Below, one piece after another: positions 1-10,307 of a stretch of DNA of 54,787 bases (the first letter of the stretch is position 1; each line of letters begins with the position of its first letter). Source of the stretch: an uncultured Gammaproteobacteria bacterium. GTDB lineage: Bacteria; Patescibacteriota; Microgenomatia; CAZETR01; Amesbacteraceae. Where the stretch lies: contig CAYHGA010000001.1 of the NCBI GenBank assembly GCA_964356225.1, forward strand, positions 170,220-225,006, in the 5' to 3' direction. The notes below the pieces were generated by a model, which saw only the letters and a list, made by a program, of their open reading frames with translations, was not told where the DNA came from and did not search any database. The translations under genes and the position numbers were made by a program.

Positions 1-2
1 TT

Positions 3-188
3 ATTACGTATTTTATGATGATATATGTGGCGGATGTGCCGGGGGGGTTTGGCGAGGAAACAGCGGAAATTAAATGGGTGACGAAAGACGAAGCGCAAGG
101 CCTTTTGGTGCACAAAAATGAGAAGGAGCTACTGGAAAAGGCGGCAAACCAAATTATGGAGATGGGGCAGGGGGAGGAGGGGTTGTAG
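3..188 (+). CDS. Partial CDS (5' end outside window), probable NUDIX hydrolase C-terminus
   Basis: Frame 3 is open from the window edge to TAG at 186-188: ITYFMMIY...EETAEIKWVTKDEAQGLLVHKNEKELLEKA resembles NUDIX C-termini. The Nudix box is not visible. Confidence 0.5.
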   Translation: MTYFMMIYVADVPGGFGEETAEIKWVTKDEAQGLLVHKNEKELLEKAANQIMEMGQGEEGL

Positions 189-2463
189 ATTCTGGTGTAG
201 TTGGGGCTGGTTGGGGGGGTGGGGGTTCATTGATTGTCGTTGTTGGGGGAGGGGTTGAGCTGGTCGGTGGCGGCGTATAAGTAGAAGTCATACAAGCAGA
301 GCCGTTCCAGTATTGACCCGAAGGACAAGAGCCGTAACCCGCGGGTGGGTTGTTCCCAGTATTCTGCGGTCTTTCACAACCACAAGCTTCATTAACCCAA
401 CTGACGCAAGTTCCGCCACCAGCCCGGCAAGCCGCTTCTTGGGATTCCCGGCTGGGAGAGCCAGAATAATTACCAGATTGTGTTGGCGAAGTAGTATTTC
501 CCGAACCACTGCGTTCACAACTACATGCTCCGTTGTACCACCCCGTGCAAGTACCCCCGCCACTTCGACAGGCTGCTTCTTGAGACTCCCGGTTGGGAGA
601 GCCATAAGGAGTAGTCGGGTTAGTGTTACTCGTACCACTGCGCTCACAACCACAAGCTTCATTAACCCAACTGACGCAAGTTCCGCCACCAGCCCGGCAA
701 GCCGCTTCTTGGGATTCCCGGCTGGGGCTAATAGGGCCAGAATTGGTTCCGGGATTTGACGCACAGTATCCCCCTTGGGGATTAATCGGTTCGGGTACCC
801 AGTTGGAATTAGGTCCACAGCGGCCGCTATTTGTGTAGTATGGACCACCTGGAGTAGTGGTCAATGGAGATAGTGAATAAGGATTATTATAAGTATTCTG
901 GCCAAAACCAGCCTGGGTGTAGTTGGGGATGCAGTAACCACCGTTTGGATCATATGAGACCGAGACAAAATGAGCATTCGAAGGACAGCTGACCCTATTA
1001 TTTGTTTCTGTTGTTACAGGAGTTGCCACACAAGAATCTGCTTTACTCCAACCAGGAGGTATACAATCTGACGGGTAAGAACTACAAGCCCCCCCAGAAC
1101 TTTTGGCGTTGACTATATTACCTGTGCAAGCTTTGCCCTTGGCAAAATCATCGTACTTCGGGCCACCGGACAGATCTGAACCAATTGGTGCGCAGTATCC
1201 GCCGGCTGGGTTTTGTGACTGGGGAACCCAATTAAAACCAGCTCCGCACTGAGCCCCATATTTTTGACCCAGGTTATACATTCTCTGATATTCTGGAGGC
1301 AGATTATTGACATCGGCATTGTTTTTTTGAATGAAATTTTTGATATAGGCGATGTCTTCCGGACGGGGTTTAAATCTTTCGACAACTTCATTGAATTTTT
1401 TAGACTCCTGATCATTCTGCTTAAATAGGTTGGCGTCAATCAAGTCTGGTCGGAGAGTGTTTTGAATCTCCTCCAATTTGACGACCGGAACCCAATATTT
1501 CCTTAGCTCTGACGGCACCTGATCTCCCGGCTGGTAAGTTTTGGCAAAAGCCTGGATTTTATTTAAGGTAGCGTTATCAGGCTTTTGGTTTTCAAGTCGC
1601 TGCAGCTCCTGGAATCGCAAAGTTTCATTAATTTTATAAAACTCATCTGGGTAAAAACTTTTAGCGGTTTCATTTAGGCGGAGAAAGTCTGATTCCGATA
1701 CGATGCCCTCGTTGACATACTTACCGACCTCTTCTCTGGCTTCTACTCTTGATTTAACACCAACGAGCTTATTAACTTCTTCTGACGTGAGTAAACCCTG
1801 TGATTTAAGTGATTGCAAACGAGAAACGAGATCGGGAGGAACTGCTGGACGATCTTTTAGATCAGCAATAGTGTCCGTGCTCTTCCAGCTGGCCTCTAAG
1901 GCGTCGTCTATAGCGTTTTCTGCTTGGTCAGGAACCTGGACTCTGACTTGTTCCAAAATAATATTGTGTTTGGCAGTCTCTTCTTCCAGTTGGCTTAACA
2001 GACCATCAATGTTGGTGTTTTGTTTATCCTCCAATGACACAGCATTACTGGTAAGAGCTGTCATCGCTTGATGGTAAGCGTCGGCAGCGGAGGTTATGGC
2101 CCGGGTGTTATTGGAGGTAGCTAGCTTTTGCATCTCTTGCAAACGTTCACCGGCGATTTGGACTCTCAACTCATCTTTGGCTTGTTGATTGAAGGTGAAA
2201 GCTAGCTGGATATTTTCTTGTAAAGGTTTAATAAAATAGAAAGGGTTGGTCGGTGTTAGCCCGCCTCCAAATATGTAGCGGTCAAACTGGAGATATTCTG
2301 ACGGGGATGTCGCCTTTTGAGCACTAGGGGATGCAATTCCCAGGACTTTGGATTGTCTGGTTTCAAGTGTTGAACTCCAATCATAATAGCGGTTAGTCGA
2401 GGAGGCCGCCACGGGAGAAGCGGTCACGGCTATTATTACTGAAACCAGCAATAATTTATACAT
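154..2463 (-). CDS. Secreted DUF5667-domain protein with Cys-rich repeats and Pro-rich tail
   Basis: Signal peptide; GLTPTNPFYFIKPLQE...AGERLQE (DUF5667-like); repeated Cys modules; P/T-rich C-terminus. Confidence 0.75.
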   Translation of the reverse strand: MYKLLLVSVIIAVTASPVAASSTNRYYDWSSTLETRQSKVLGIASPSAQKATSPSEYLQFDRYIFGGGLTPTNPFYFIKPLQENIQLAFTFNQQAKDELRVQIAGERLQEMQKLATSNNTRAITSAADAYHQAMTALTSNAVSLEDKQNTNIDGLLSQLEEETAKHNIILEQVRVQVPDQAENAIDDALEASWKSTDTIADLKDRPAVPPDLVSRLQSLKSQGLLTSEEVNKLVGVKSRVEAREEVGKYVNEGIVSESDFLRLNETAKSFYPDEFYKINETLRFQELQRLENQKPDNATLNKIQAFAKTYQPGDQVPSELRKYWVPVVKLEEIQNTLRPDLIDANLFKQNDQESKKFNEVVERFKPRPEDIAYIKNFIQKNNADVNNLPPEYQRMYNLGQKYGAQCGAGFNWVPQSQNPAGGYCAPIGSDLSGGPKYDDFAKGKACTGNIVNAKSSGGACSSYPSDCIPPGWSKADSCVATPVTTETNNRVSCPSNAHFVSVSYDPNGGYCIPNYTQAGFGQNTYNNPYSLSPLTTTPGGPYYTNSGRCGPNSNWVPEPINPQGGYCASNPGTNSGPISPSRESQEAACRAGGGTCVSWVNEACGCERSGTSNTNPTTPYGSPNRESQEAACRSGGGTCTGWYNGACSCERSGSGNTTSPTQSGNYSGSPSRESQEAACRAGGGTCVSWVNEACGCERPQNTGNNPPAGYGSCPSGQYWNGSACMTSTYTPPPTSSTPPPTTTINEPPPPQPAPTTPESTTPPPPAPSP
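374..726. repeat. Intragenic repeat: identical 83-bp copies (374-456, 644-726) and a diverged middle copy (~514-597)
   Basis: Direct comparison; encodes SPSRESQEAACRAGGGTCVSWVNEACGCER. Confidence 0.9.
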
Positions 2464-2538
2464 CTATGATAAACAGTAAGGTACTGTAACCACCCTGTCA
2501 ATGCCCGAGTGGAAGTGGTGGTAAAATTGACAAGATCT

Positions 2539-2625
2539 GGAAGGGTCGCATAGTGGTCTAGTGCGCATTCTTGGAGAGAATGTGTGGGGGCAACCTCACC
2601 GCGGGTTCAAATCCCGCCCCTTCCG
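2539..2625 (+). tRNA. tRNA-Ser(GGA)
   Basis: Acceptor GGAAGGG/CCCTTCC; anticodon arm CATTC-TT-GGA-GA-GAATG; long variable arm; T loop GTTCAAATC; no CCA. Confidence 0.95.
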
Positions 2626-2719
2626 CCGTGAGGACAAGAATTGTGCGGGTACTTATAATTGGGTTTTGTCTGCTTGTCTTTTTTGATTACATTTTTTACA
2701 TATTGTGTAGGGCGCGCGT

Positions 2720-3844
2720 ATGTTTACCCTGGCCGTTTTTATAGGAATATATTCGTATGCGTTGATGGGGTTGGGACTGGTAGGGCAGTTGAAGTGGCCG
2801 GCGATTTTGGCAGTTACGACAGTTATGGTGTGTACAGGGTTGCACCTTGTACGCTTAGTGGGTCGTCCAAGGAACAACCCTTTGCTTTGGTTGATTGTTG
2901 TTCAGGCGGGGGTGAATTTGGCGGGCGCGCTGGGACCGGAAGGGGGGTTTGATGCGCTGTGGTACCACTTGCCGATACCGAAAATTTGGCTGGAAGCCCA
3001 CCGGATATTTTTTATCGGGGGCAATTTGTACTATTCGGCTATGCCCAAACTAATTGACATGCTGTATGTGTGGGGAGAGACCCCGGCGAAATTAATGCAC
3101 CTGGTCTTTGGTCTTTTGTCGACGGCCGTGACATACAAGTTGGCCCGGAAATGGCTGGATGAAAAAGGGGCGCTTCTGGCAGCGGTGATTTTTTACAGCA
3201 ACTTGGTAGTGGGGTGGCAGTCGATAACGGCATATATTGATTTGGGGAGAACTTTTTTTGAAGTCTTAGCCTTTTATTTGCTGGTAGAAAAGAAGATCTA
3301 CAAATCGGCAATAGTTTTGGGGTTGGCGATGGCTACGAAGACTATAGCCGTGGGGAGTTTGGGGATATTGGGGGTGGTGGTGTGGTTAACGCGCACAAGG
3401 AGAGACCTTGTGCGTTATATAGCGCTGGCGATGTTGGTGGCGGCCCCGTGGTATATATTTTCCTTCGTGAGCACGGGCAATCCGGTGTACCCGATATTTT
3501 CCGGATATAAATTGGAGTGGGACTGGACGTTTAATTTATTGAGACTGGCCGATCCCATAAACCCAATTTATGTAATGATTTTGCCAATTGTATGGTTAGT
3601 GCGTAAGAAAATCCCAGTTATGCTTACGGCCTACTGTCTGCTTTCTTTTGTGGTGTGGTATTTGACCCCAAGGACGGGAGGGGGGAGATTTTTGCTGCCG
3701 TATTTGCCGGTGTGGAGTGTGGCGACGGCGATCGCCATTGCTCAAAGCGCAAAACTCAATGCGCAAAAGTTTTTGGTGGGGATGGTAATAGCGTTGGCGG
3801 TGATTTCGATCGGGTATAGAGGGGCAGCAAACTTGCTAAAATGA
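2720..3844 (+). CDS. GT-C superfamily (ArnT/PMT-like) membrane glycosyltransferase
   Basis: Polytopic membrane protein with GFDALWYHL, AYIDL, TGNPVYP and RFLLP motifs. Confidence 0.7.
   Translation: MFTLAVFIGIYSYALMGLGLVGQLKWPAILAVTTVMVCTGLHLVRLVGRPRNNPLLWLIVVQAGVNLAGALGPEGGFDALWYHLPIPKIWLEAHRIFFIGGNLYYSAMPKLIDMLYVWGETPAKLMHLVFGLLSTAVTYKLARKWLDEKGALLAAVIFYSNLVVGWQSITAYIDLGRTFFEVLAFYLLVEKKIYKSAIVLGLAMATKTIAVGSLGILGVVVWLTRTRRDLVRYIALAMLVAAPWYIFSFVSTGNPVYPIFSGYKLEWDWTFNLLRLADPINPIYVMILPIVWLVRKKIPVMLTAYCLLSFVVWYLTPRTGGGRFLLPYLPVWSVATAIAIAQSAKLNAQKFLVGMVIALAVISIGYRGAANLLK
3391..3414. repeat. Palindromic element family A (GCGCACAAGG-AGAGA-CCTTGTGCG), copy 1, inside the glycosyltransferase CDS
   Basis: 24 nt identical to 30730-30753; 9-bp stem. 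Confidence 0.85.
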
Positions 3845-5142
3845 GGGCGATGGTTAAGAAAGCGATGCTTGTTGGGGTAACTATATTACTGATCGTTTTG
3901 GGACTGGGAGGACTTTGTGGGTGGGGTGGGGCGCGGATGCTGCGTTCAATATTCAATATTCAATATTCAATATTCAATTGGGAACCAAAATTGTTTAAGT
4001 GGTGTTTTAGGGGGTTGCCGCTGGTGGATAAGATAGATAAACTGCTGGAGGATAAGACGTATATTGTGCTGTTGCAAAATAATACAGAGTTAAGAGCCAG
4101 CGGGGGGTTTATGGGCTCCTATGTCAAACTCAAAGTTCAAAGCTCAAAACTCAAAAGTGTGGAAGTTGAAGATATCTACCAGCCGGATGGGCAACTGGTG
4201 GGGTATGTGGAGCCGCCGGCGCCAATAAAGCAGGCTTTTCCGTTTGGGAGCTGGAAACTGCGGGATAGCAACTGGGATGTGGATTTTTCTGTAGCCGGAG
4301 AGCAAATTGCCTGGTTTTTGGAGCAGGGCGGTGAACACGTGGACGGAGTTATCGCTGTTAATTTATCTCTGGTCAACAAGATGCTGGAAATTTTGGGAGG
4401 AGTGAAAACGGTGACATATAATGAGCGGGTGACGGCCGAGAATCTCCGCAACCTGGCCCAAACCTACTCGGAGGTGCATAAGGAAAAGCGGGATTTTCTG
4501 GGAGCGGTGGGAGCAGCCTTGTTTGAGAGGATAAAGGGGGCAAAGTTGACTGAAGAGATTAAGATACTAAGACTGGTTTACGATCAGGTGCAAAAAGGAC
4601 AGATTTTGGTGTGGGTGAAGGATAAGGATGTGGAGCAGGAAATTCTGGAGAAGGAGTGGGGAGGAGGGTTGGGGAATTATGGGGGAGACTATCTATACAT
4701 AGTGGAGTCGAACTTGGGGGCGAATAAGGCGAATTGTTGTGTGACCAGATCGGTAGTGCAATTGATAGATGGGGACAAAGAAAAGTTGAGCATAAAATGG
4801 GAAAACAGCAGCCAATTTCCTGATCCTAAACCGCCTGTATTTTGGGGCGGGAATTACATAGATTACGTGCGGGTGGTGGTGCCGGCGGCGGCGCAGATTA
4901 AAGACGCAGAAAAATATGATATAGAGACGAGAGGGAGATCTAAGATAGTGGGATTTTGGGTAACGGTGCCGGCGGGGCAAACGGCAGCGGCGGAATTAGT
5001 TTATGACCTGCCGGCCAGCAATACGATCCTGGTCAGACGCCAGCCGGGAATTGAGAGTTTCCCGTATAAATTAGTGGTGGATGGAAAAGTGGTGGTATCT
5101 GATACAATTGACCGCGATAAGGAGTACACATGGATCAGGTAG
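3841..5142 (+). CDS. DUF4012-domain membrane-anchored protein
   Basis: LLQNNTELRASGGFMGSY, LRDSNWDVDF and ESNLGANKAN motifs; N-terminal TM segment. Confidence 0.85.
   Translation: MRAMVKKAMLVGVTILLIVLGLGGLCGWGGARMLRSIFNIQYSIFNWEPKLFKWCFRGLPLVDKIDKLLEDKTYIVLLQNNTELRASGGFMGSYVKLKVQSSKLKSVEVEDIYQPDGQLVGYVEPPAPIKQAFPFGSWKLRDSNWDVDFSVAGEQIAWFLEQGGEHVDGVIAVNLSLVNKMLEILGGVKTVTYNERVTAENLRNLAQTYSEVHKEKRDFLGAVGAALFERIKGAKLTEEIKILRLVYDQVQKGQILVWVKDKDVEQEILEKEWGGGLGNYGGDYLYIVESNLGANKANCCVTRSVVQLIDGDKEKLSIKWENSSQFPDPKPPVFWGGNYIDYVRVVVPAAAQIKDAEKYDIETRGRSKIVGFWVTVPAGQTAAAELVYDLPASNTILVRRQPGIESFPYKLVVDGKVVVSDTIDRDKEYTWIR
3945..3978. repeat. Heptamer tandem repeat (TTCAATA)x~5 within CDS
   Basis: Perfect repeat; translated as SIFNIQYSIFN. 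Confidence 0.9.
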
Positions 5143-6767
5143 AAGAAATTAAGAGTAAGGTGGATATGGTGGAATTAGTGCAGGAATATGTGCCGCTGAA
5201 GAAGGCGGGGAGGAATTTTAAGGGATTGTGCCCGTTTCATAGTGAAAAGACACCGTCGTTTATGGTGAACCCGGAGCTGCAGATATTTAAATGTTTTGGG
5301 TGCGGAGTAGGGGGGGATGCTTACTCTTTCTTGCAAAAGATCGAAGGGATGGAATTTGGGGAGGCTTTACAGCATTTGGCGGACAGAGTGGGCATAAAAC
5401 TGGTGACCTACAAGCCGACCCAAGGGGAGCAGTTGAAAGAGAAATTAGTGGGGATAAACACACTGACGGGGCAGGTATACCACTGGCTGCTAACGCAAAA
5501 AACTGGTAAGGAAGCACGGGAGTACCTGAAAGGCCGGGGAATAAGCGATGAGGCAATTGAGAAGTTTAAAGTAGGTTTTGCGCCGAACAACTGGGATTTC
5601 CTGCTCAAGTTTTTGATAGGGAAAAAGAAATATGCTTTGGATGATCTGACCAGGGCCGGGCTGGCAGTTAAAAATTATGACCGGTTTCGAAACCGGATAA
5701 TGTTTCCCCTGGCTAATGGGCGGGGACAAGTGGTGGGGTTTGCAGGCCGAGTGATGCCGGGGGCTTCGGAAAAAGAGGGGGGAAAATATGTAAACACTCC
5801 GGAGACGGAGATTTATCACAAGAGCGAGCTGCTGTATGGGTTGGACGTAACCCGGGCGGAGATAAAAAATGCCGGGTGGGTGGTGGTGGTGGAGGGAGAG
5901 ATTGACGTGATAGCCAGCTGGCAAGCGGGAGTAAAAAACGTAGTGGCGATTAAAGGATCGGCGCTAACCGAAAAGCAGGTGGAGCTGCTGCGGCGGATTT
6001 GCGATACTGTGGTTTTAGCCTTGGACACTGACGTGGCGGGAGATGCGGCGAGCCGAAGAGGGATAGAAATAGCCGACAAAAATGGCCTGATGATTAAAAT
6101 GGTTAAATTGCTGGGGGCCAAAGACCCCGGGGAGTATGCGATTGCGGATGCGGAGGGATGGAAAAAGGCGGTGGCGGAAGCGATCCCAATTTATGATTTT
6201 TACTTACAATCGGCCATGGAGAGATACGGACTTGATGTAACCGGAAAGAAGAGGATGGGGCAGGAATTGCTGCCGATTTGGGCCGGTATATCTGATGAGA
6301 TAGTGAAAGCACATTATGTTCGTAAGCTGGCCGATATTTTAGGGGTGGGGGAAGAAGCAGTTTGGAGCCAGCTTGCGAAAACTCAAAGGTCAAATGTCAA
6401 AAGTCAAAATAATGAGCAAATAACAAATGACAAAATGACAAAATCGAGGAGAGATCTACTCGAAGAGTATGTGATTGAATTGGCCCTGAAAGGCGACAAG
6501 ACGGAGGCGTTGCCGAGTATGGAGACGGATTTTTGGAAACGGGTAGCGGATGAATTGGCGAAAGACGGCGATCCTAAAAAGCTGCCGGAGGAACTGCGGG
6601 AAAGGACGCTAATGCTGTTACTGAAAGAAGGGGAGTTTGAGGAAAAAGAGTGGGAGACGGCCTTACGGGAGCTGGAAGAATTGGAAACACGGGCAAAAAT
6701 TGGAGCGGGGGAGGGAGACGCAAGAAAATTGACCAAAAGACTGGGGGAGTTGACGAAGAACAAATAG
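5130..6767 (+). CDS. dnaG: DNA primase
   Basis: CPFHSEKTPSF...CFGC zinc finger; DRFRNRIMFP; KYVNTPET; TOPRIM VEGEIDV and DTDVAG. Confidence 0.98.
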   Translation: MDQVEEIKSKVDMVELVQEYVPLKKAGRNFKGLCPFHSEKTPSFMVNPELQIFKCFGCGVGGDAYSFLQKIEGMEFGEALQHLADRVGIKLVTYKPTQGEQLKEKLVGINTLTGQVYHWLLTQKTGKEAREYLKGRGISDEAIEKFKVGFAPNNWDFLLKFLIGKKKYALDDLTRAGLAVKNYDRFRNRIMFPLANGRGQVVGFAGRVMPGASEKEGGKYVNTPETEIYHKSELLYGLDVTRAEIKNAGWVVVVEGEIDVIASWQAGVKNVVAIKGSALTEKQVELLRRICDTVVLALDTDVAGDAASRRGIEIADKNGLMIKMVKLLGAKDPGEYAIADAEGWKKAVAEAIPIYDFYLQSAMERYGLDVTGKKRMGQELLPIWAGISDEIVKAHYVRKLADILGVGEEAVWSQLAKTQRSNVKSQNNEQITNDKMTKSRRDLLEEYVIELALKGDKTEALPSMETDFWKRVADELAKDGDPKKLPEELRERTLMLLLKEGEFEEKEWETALRELEELETRAKIGAGEGDARKLTKRLGELTKNK

Positions 6768-6812
6768 GAGGCTATACTTCGGCTTACCGGACTTGACACG
6801 GCCTTTTTTTGT

Positions 6813-7904
6813 ATGGTGAAACTAACACTTGAAGTAAAAAACTTGATTGATCTAGGGAAACACCAGGGATTTTTGACGTTGGAAGATATTTTGAAAGTTT
6901 TTACTAATGCCGAGGACAGAGTGGGGGAACTGGACGCCTTGTACCAGAGACTACTGGAGAGCAACGTGGACGTGTTTGAAACAGTGACGGAGGAAGAGAT
7001 TAAGTCCGACGAAAAAGCGGTAGTGGAACTGGAAAAAGAAATCGAGTCATTGGCCAAGGTAACCGGGGGAATTACCACCGATCCGGTGAGAATGTACCTG
7101 CGGGAGATCGGGCGGATCCCGCTGCTTAAATCGGCGGAGGAAGTAGATCTAGCACAAAAAATTGAAAAAGGGGACCGGAAATCCAAGCGGAAGCTGACGG
7201 AGTCTAACTTGAGGTTAGTGGTATCTATAGCCAAGAAATACGTGATGCGGGGGTTGTCTTTACTGGATTTAATTCAGGAGGGAAATCAGGGATTGATCAG
7301 GGCGGTGGAAAAATATGACTGGAGAAAGGGATATAAGTTTTCGACATACGCTACCTGGTGGATCCGACAGGCCATTACCCGGGCGATTGCCGACCAGGCC
7401 AGGACGATCCGGATTCCGGTGCACATGGTGGAGACAATTAATAAGTTGGTGCGGACGCAGAGACGGCTGATGCAGGAATTGGGACGGGAGCCGACGGCGG
7501 AAGAAATCGCCACCACTATGGCCGAGGGGATGACGCCAAACCGGGTCCGGGAAATATTAAAAATAGCCCAGGAAACTACCAGTCTGGAGACGCCGGTGGG
7601 GGATGAAGACGATTCAATGCTGGGGGATTTCATCGCGGACAAGTCTCAACCTAGTCCAATTGAAGCGGCTTCGAGAGAACTGCTAAAGGAAAATCTGGAA
7701 GAAGTGCTGTCCACTCTTACAGACCGCGAATCCAGAGTGCTGAAAATGCGGTTCGGGCTGGAGGGGAAAAACCCTATGACTTTGGAAGAGGTGGGGCGAG
7801 AATTTGGCGTCACCCGGGAGCGTATTCGGCAAATTGAGGCCAAGGCACTGCGCAAACTGAAGCACCCATCTAGACGCAAGAAGCTGCAGGATTACCTAGA
7901 TTAA
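6813..7904 (+). CDS. rpoD: RNA polymerase primary sigma factor
   Basis: [69 protein letters not shown]. Confidence 0.98.
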   Translation: MVKLTLEVKNLIDLGKHQGFLTLEDILKVFTNAEDRVGELDALYQRLLESNVDVFETVTEEEIKSDEKAVVELEKEIESLAKVTGGITTDPVRMYLREIGRIPLLKSAEEVDLAQKIEKGDRKSKRKLTESNLRLVVSIAKKYVMRGLSLLDLIQEGNQGLIRAVEKYDWRKGYKFSTYATWWIRQAITRAIADQARTIRIPVHMVETINKLVRTQRRLMQELGREPTAEEIATTMAEGMTPNRVREILKIAQETTSLETPVGDEDDSMLGDFIADKSQPSPIEAASRELLKENLEEVLSTLTDRESRVLKMRFGLEGKNPMTLEEVGREFGVTRERIRQIEAKALRKLKHPSRRKKLQDYLD

Positions 7905-7992
7905 GAACTTGTCAAGAGAGTATTCTGGGCTTGGTATAGCCGTAAACGCCTTTATAATAAATATATAAATATAAGGATATATAATTCGGCCG

Positions 7993-9648
7993 GTGCACAT
8001 ATTTGAGGTGTTTATCAGGGGAAATCAGGTCGAAGCCAAAGACTGGCAGGGGCTGACGCGGCGGTTGGCTAATCTGGGGAAGAAGCTGGAATTTGAGATG
8101 GTATTTAGGGGGCGGAAAGTGGAATTTTTAGTAAGAACAGAAGAGGTCATATCTATAAGAGAGGAAGGCCCGTTTATTTTGGAACCGAAAGAGAGCGAGA
8201 TAGAGGAGGAAGTTGCAGTAAGGGCAGTGTGGTATGGGATACCAGCCGGGTTGACGGTGGCTGAAGCAAAGAAGCGGGAGGAACAAAATAAGGGAAGGAC
8301 GATTACCAAAGTGAGAGCAATTTGGGGGAGAATTTGGCGGGTGAAGGTATATATGAAAGACGAAAGGGGGCGGGAGCAGGTAGGCACATGTCTGACGTTG
8401 GTTAACCCGTTGTGGCAGTGGAGAATAGAGTTTGGAGAAGGGGGTGAATGGGAGAAGAAGGCGATACCGGTCAGACCAGAGTTGGCAGGAGCGGAAGAAT
8501 TGTTGGATAAGCTGGGAGGAAAGAGTGGAGGAGTGTTGACTGTGGGGAGAAAGTATCTAAAGCTGGATGGATTTGACGCGGAAAAACATACTCTGGTGGT
8601 GGGCCAGACGGGGGTAGGCAAAACGAAACTATTGGAGCTTCTGGTGCGGCTGCTGGCGGGCCGGGGATACGGGGTGATTGTGGTGGATCCACATGCGGCC
8701 ATGAACTTGAACGGAGGAGATAGGCAGGTGACACTGGATTTTGTAAAGAACGGGTGCGATCTATTTCCCGGAGGCAGCGATCCGTATATGACTACAGAAA
8801 TGACAGTGCTGCTATTTAAAACTTTGATTGGAGAACAATATAACGCCAAATTGGAGAGAGTATTGAAGTATGCGGTGTATAGCTTGCTGATGGCAAAGGC
8901 GATGACATTGCCAAATCTGCGGCGTTTTTTGAGTGAAATGGAATTTAGAGGAGGGGTGCTGGCTAAAATAGGTGACAATGACCAGCTCCGGCATTTTTTT
9001 GAGACAGAATTTGGAGAGCTGGAAACGAAGTTTTATGAAACTGCAGTAATGCCTATTTTGGCGCTGGTGGACGAGCTGGTGTTTACTCCGGTGTTTTCCC
9101 ACAAGGGGGAGATGTGGGATTTGCGACAGCTGCTACAGGAAAAATCGATTATAAATTTATCGTTGAACAGAGTAGCTTTGGGGGATAGGGCTACGCGGAT
9201 GATTGCGGGGCTGGTAATCCAACAGGTGTTTTTACTGGCTATGGCGGGGGTGGGAAAGAAATTGGTGCTGGTGGTGGATGAAGTAGCCACAGTGGAGAAC
9301 GAAGGGTTAGCAGGAATTTTAGCTCAGGCGAGGAAATTTGGACTGGCTGTGTATTTATCCGGACAGTATTTAGATCAAATGTCTCCAAGGTTATTGGCGG
9401 CGATTTTGGCTAACATATATAACTATTTTGTGTTTAAGGTATCCGATGAAGACGGAAAAATCTTGGGAAAGAACATGGAGATGATTTTTGGAGAGGGGGT
9501 ACTATCAGAAGCCAAGAGAAAGGGGGTGGGCGGGGAAGAACTGAAGCGGGAAGTGCTGGCGAGATTGGATCCCCGGCAGTGTGTGGCGAGGTTGTTTAAA
9601 GATGGAAAGTTTTATTCGAGTTTTGTAGGAAGGACGGTAGATATATGA
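7993..9648 (+). CDS. HerA/FtsK/VirD4-like P-loop ATPase (DUF87/TraG-like)
   Basis: HTLVVGQTGVGKT Walker A; VDPH; LVVDE Walker B; QARKFG; QYLDQ. Confidence 0.8.
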   Translation: MHIFEVFIRGNQVEAKDWQGLTRRLANLGKKLEFEMVFRGRKVEFLVRTEEVISIREEGPFILEPKESEIEEEVAVRAVWYGIPAGLTVAEAKKREEQNKGRTITKVRAIWGRIWRVKVYMKDERGREQVGTCLTLVNPLWQWRIEFGEGGEWEKKAIPVRPELAGAEELLDKLGGKSGGVLTVGRKYLKLDGFDAEKHTLVVGQTGVGKTKLLELLVRLLAGRGYGVIVVDPHAAMNLNGGDRQVTLDFVKNGCDLFPGGSDPYMTTEMTVLLFKTLIGEQYNAKLERVLKYAVYSLLMAKAMTLPNLRRFLSEMEFRGGVLAKIGDNDQLRHFFETEFGELETKFYETAVMPILALVDELVFTPVFSHKGEMWDLRQLLQEKSIINLSLNRVALGDRATRMIAGLVIQQVFLLAMAGVGKKLVLVVDEVATVENEGLAGILAQARKFGLAVYLSGQYLDQMSPRLLAAILANIYNYFVFKVSDEDGKILGKNMEMIFGEGVLSEAKRKGVGGEELKREVLARLDPRQCVARLFKDGKFYSSFVGRTVDI

Positions 9649-10307
9649 AAAGGGCTGATATTTGGAAGTATGTGTGGCAAGAGATCTGGGGAGGGAATGC
9701 GCCAACTTCTGGGAAAGGGGAGTGGTACGGCCCGCAAAAGAGGGGAACGGTGTGGGTGGCGGATGGGCAAGAAGAGGAGAAATATATAAATCAAGAAGAA
9801 GCGGCAGAAGGGTACAAAAAGGACGGCTGGATGCGGTCTTATATAAAACTAGAATCAATAGAGGGGGTATTAAGAAAATGGGAGGAGATAAATTCTATTG
9901 TGGCCAGCCGGCAGATCAATTCGACGGAGGTTGAAGAGTCGGATGGGGTTTACAATAGTCGGGGAATATATGCGAGCAGTTCAATATTTGACAGTAAAAA
10001 TATTGTGGGGTCGAAGAAATTGTTTGACTGCCAGTATTTGATAGGATGCCGGGACGATTCGGCCTGTTCGGTGGGGGCGGGAGTGAGGGAGTCGATTTAT
10101 TGTTCCAGGTGTTGGGAAGTGTCCTGGTCGAATAAGGTTTCCTGGTCGGCGTTTGTGCACGACTGCTACGACGTGACAGAGTGTTTATTTTGTGCGCATT
10201 TGAGGTCGAAAAAATACTGTGTGGCCAATATCCAGCTGGAAAAAGAAGAGTATCTAAAAATTAAGGGAATGGTGAGAGAGTGGGTATGGCAGGATTATTT
10301 GGATTGA
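9645..10307 (+). CDS. Hypothetical protein with Cys/Ser-rich short repeats
   Basis: ATGA overlap with the ATPase; DCYDVTECLFCAHLRSKKYCVANIQL-type C-terminus. Confidence 0.65.
   Translation: MKRADIWKYVWQEIWGGNAPTSGKGEWYGPQKRGTVWVADGQEEEKYINQEEAAEGYKKDGWMRSYIKLESIEGVLRKWEEINSIVASRQINSTEVEESDGVYNSRGIYASSSIFDSKNIVGSKKLFDCQYLIGCRDDSACSVGAGVRESIYCSRCWEVSWSNKVSWSAFVHDCYDVTECLFCAHLRSKKYCVANIQLEKEEYLKIKGMVREWVWQDYLD

Noticed and set aside
374-726. Spaced direct repeats as a CRISPR array
   Set aside because: The repeats are 83 bp, in-frame within a CDS and encode a Cys module; no cas genes are present.
288-848. Alternative ORFs over the repeat region and other long antisense ORFs (e.g. 6404-7234, 8025-8978, 26951-27529)
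   Set aside because: They are shadows of well-supported genes on the other strand or frame and carry no recognisable motifs.
7951-7985. AT-rich tract as oriC or a dif site
   Set aside because: No DnaA-box cluster or XerC/D arm pattern is visible; it contains the -10 box of the next gene.
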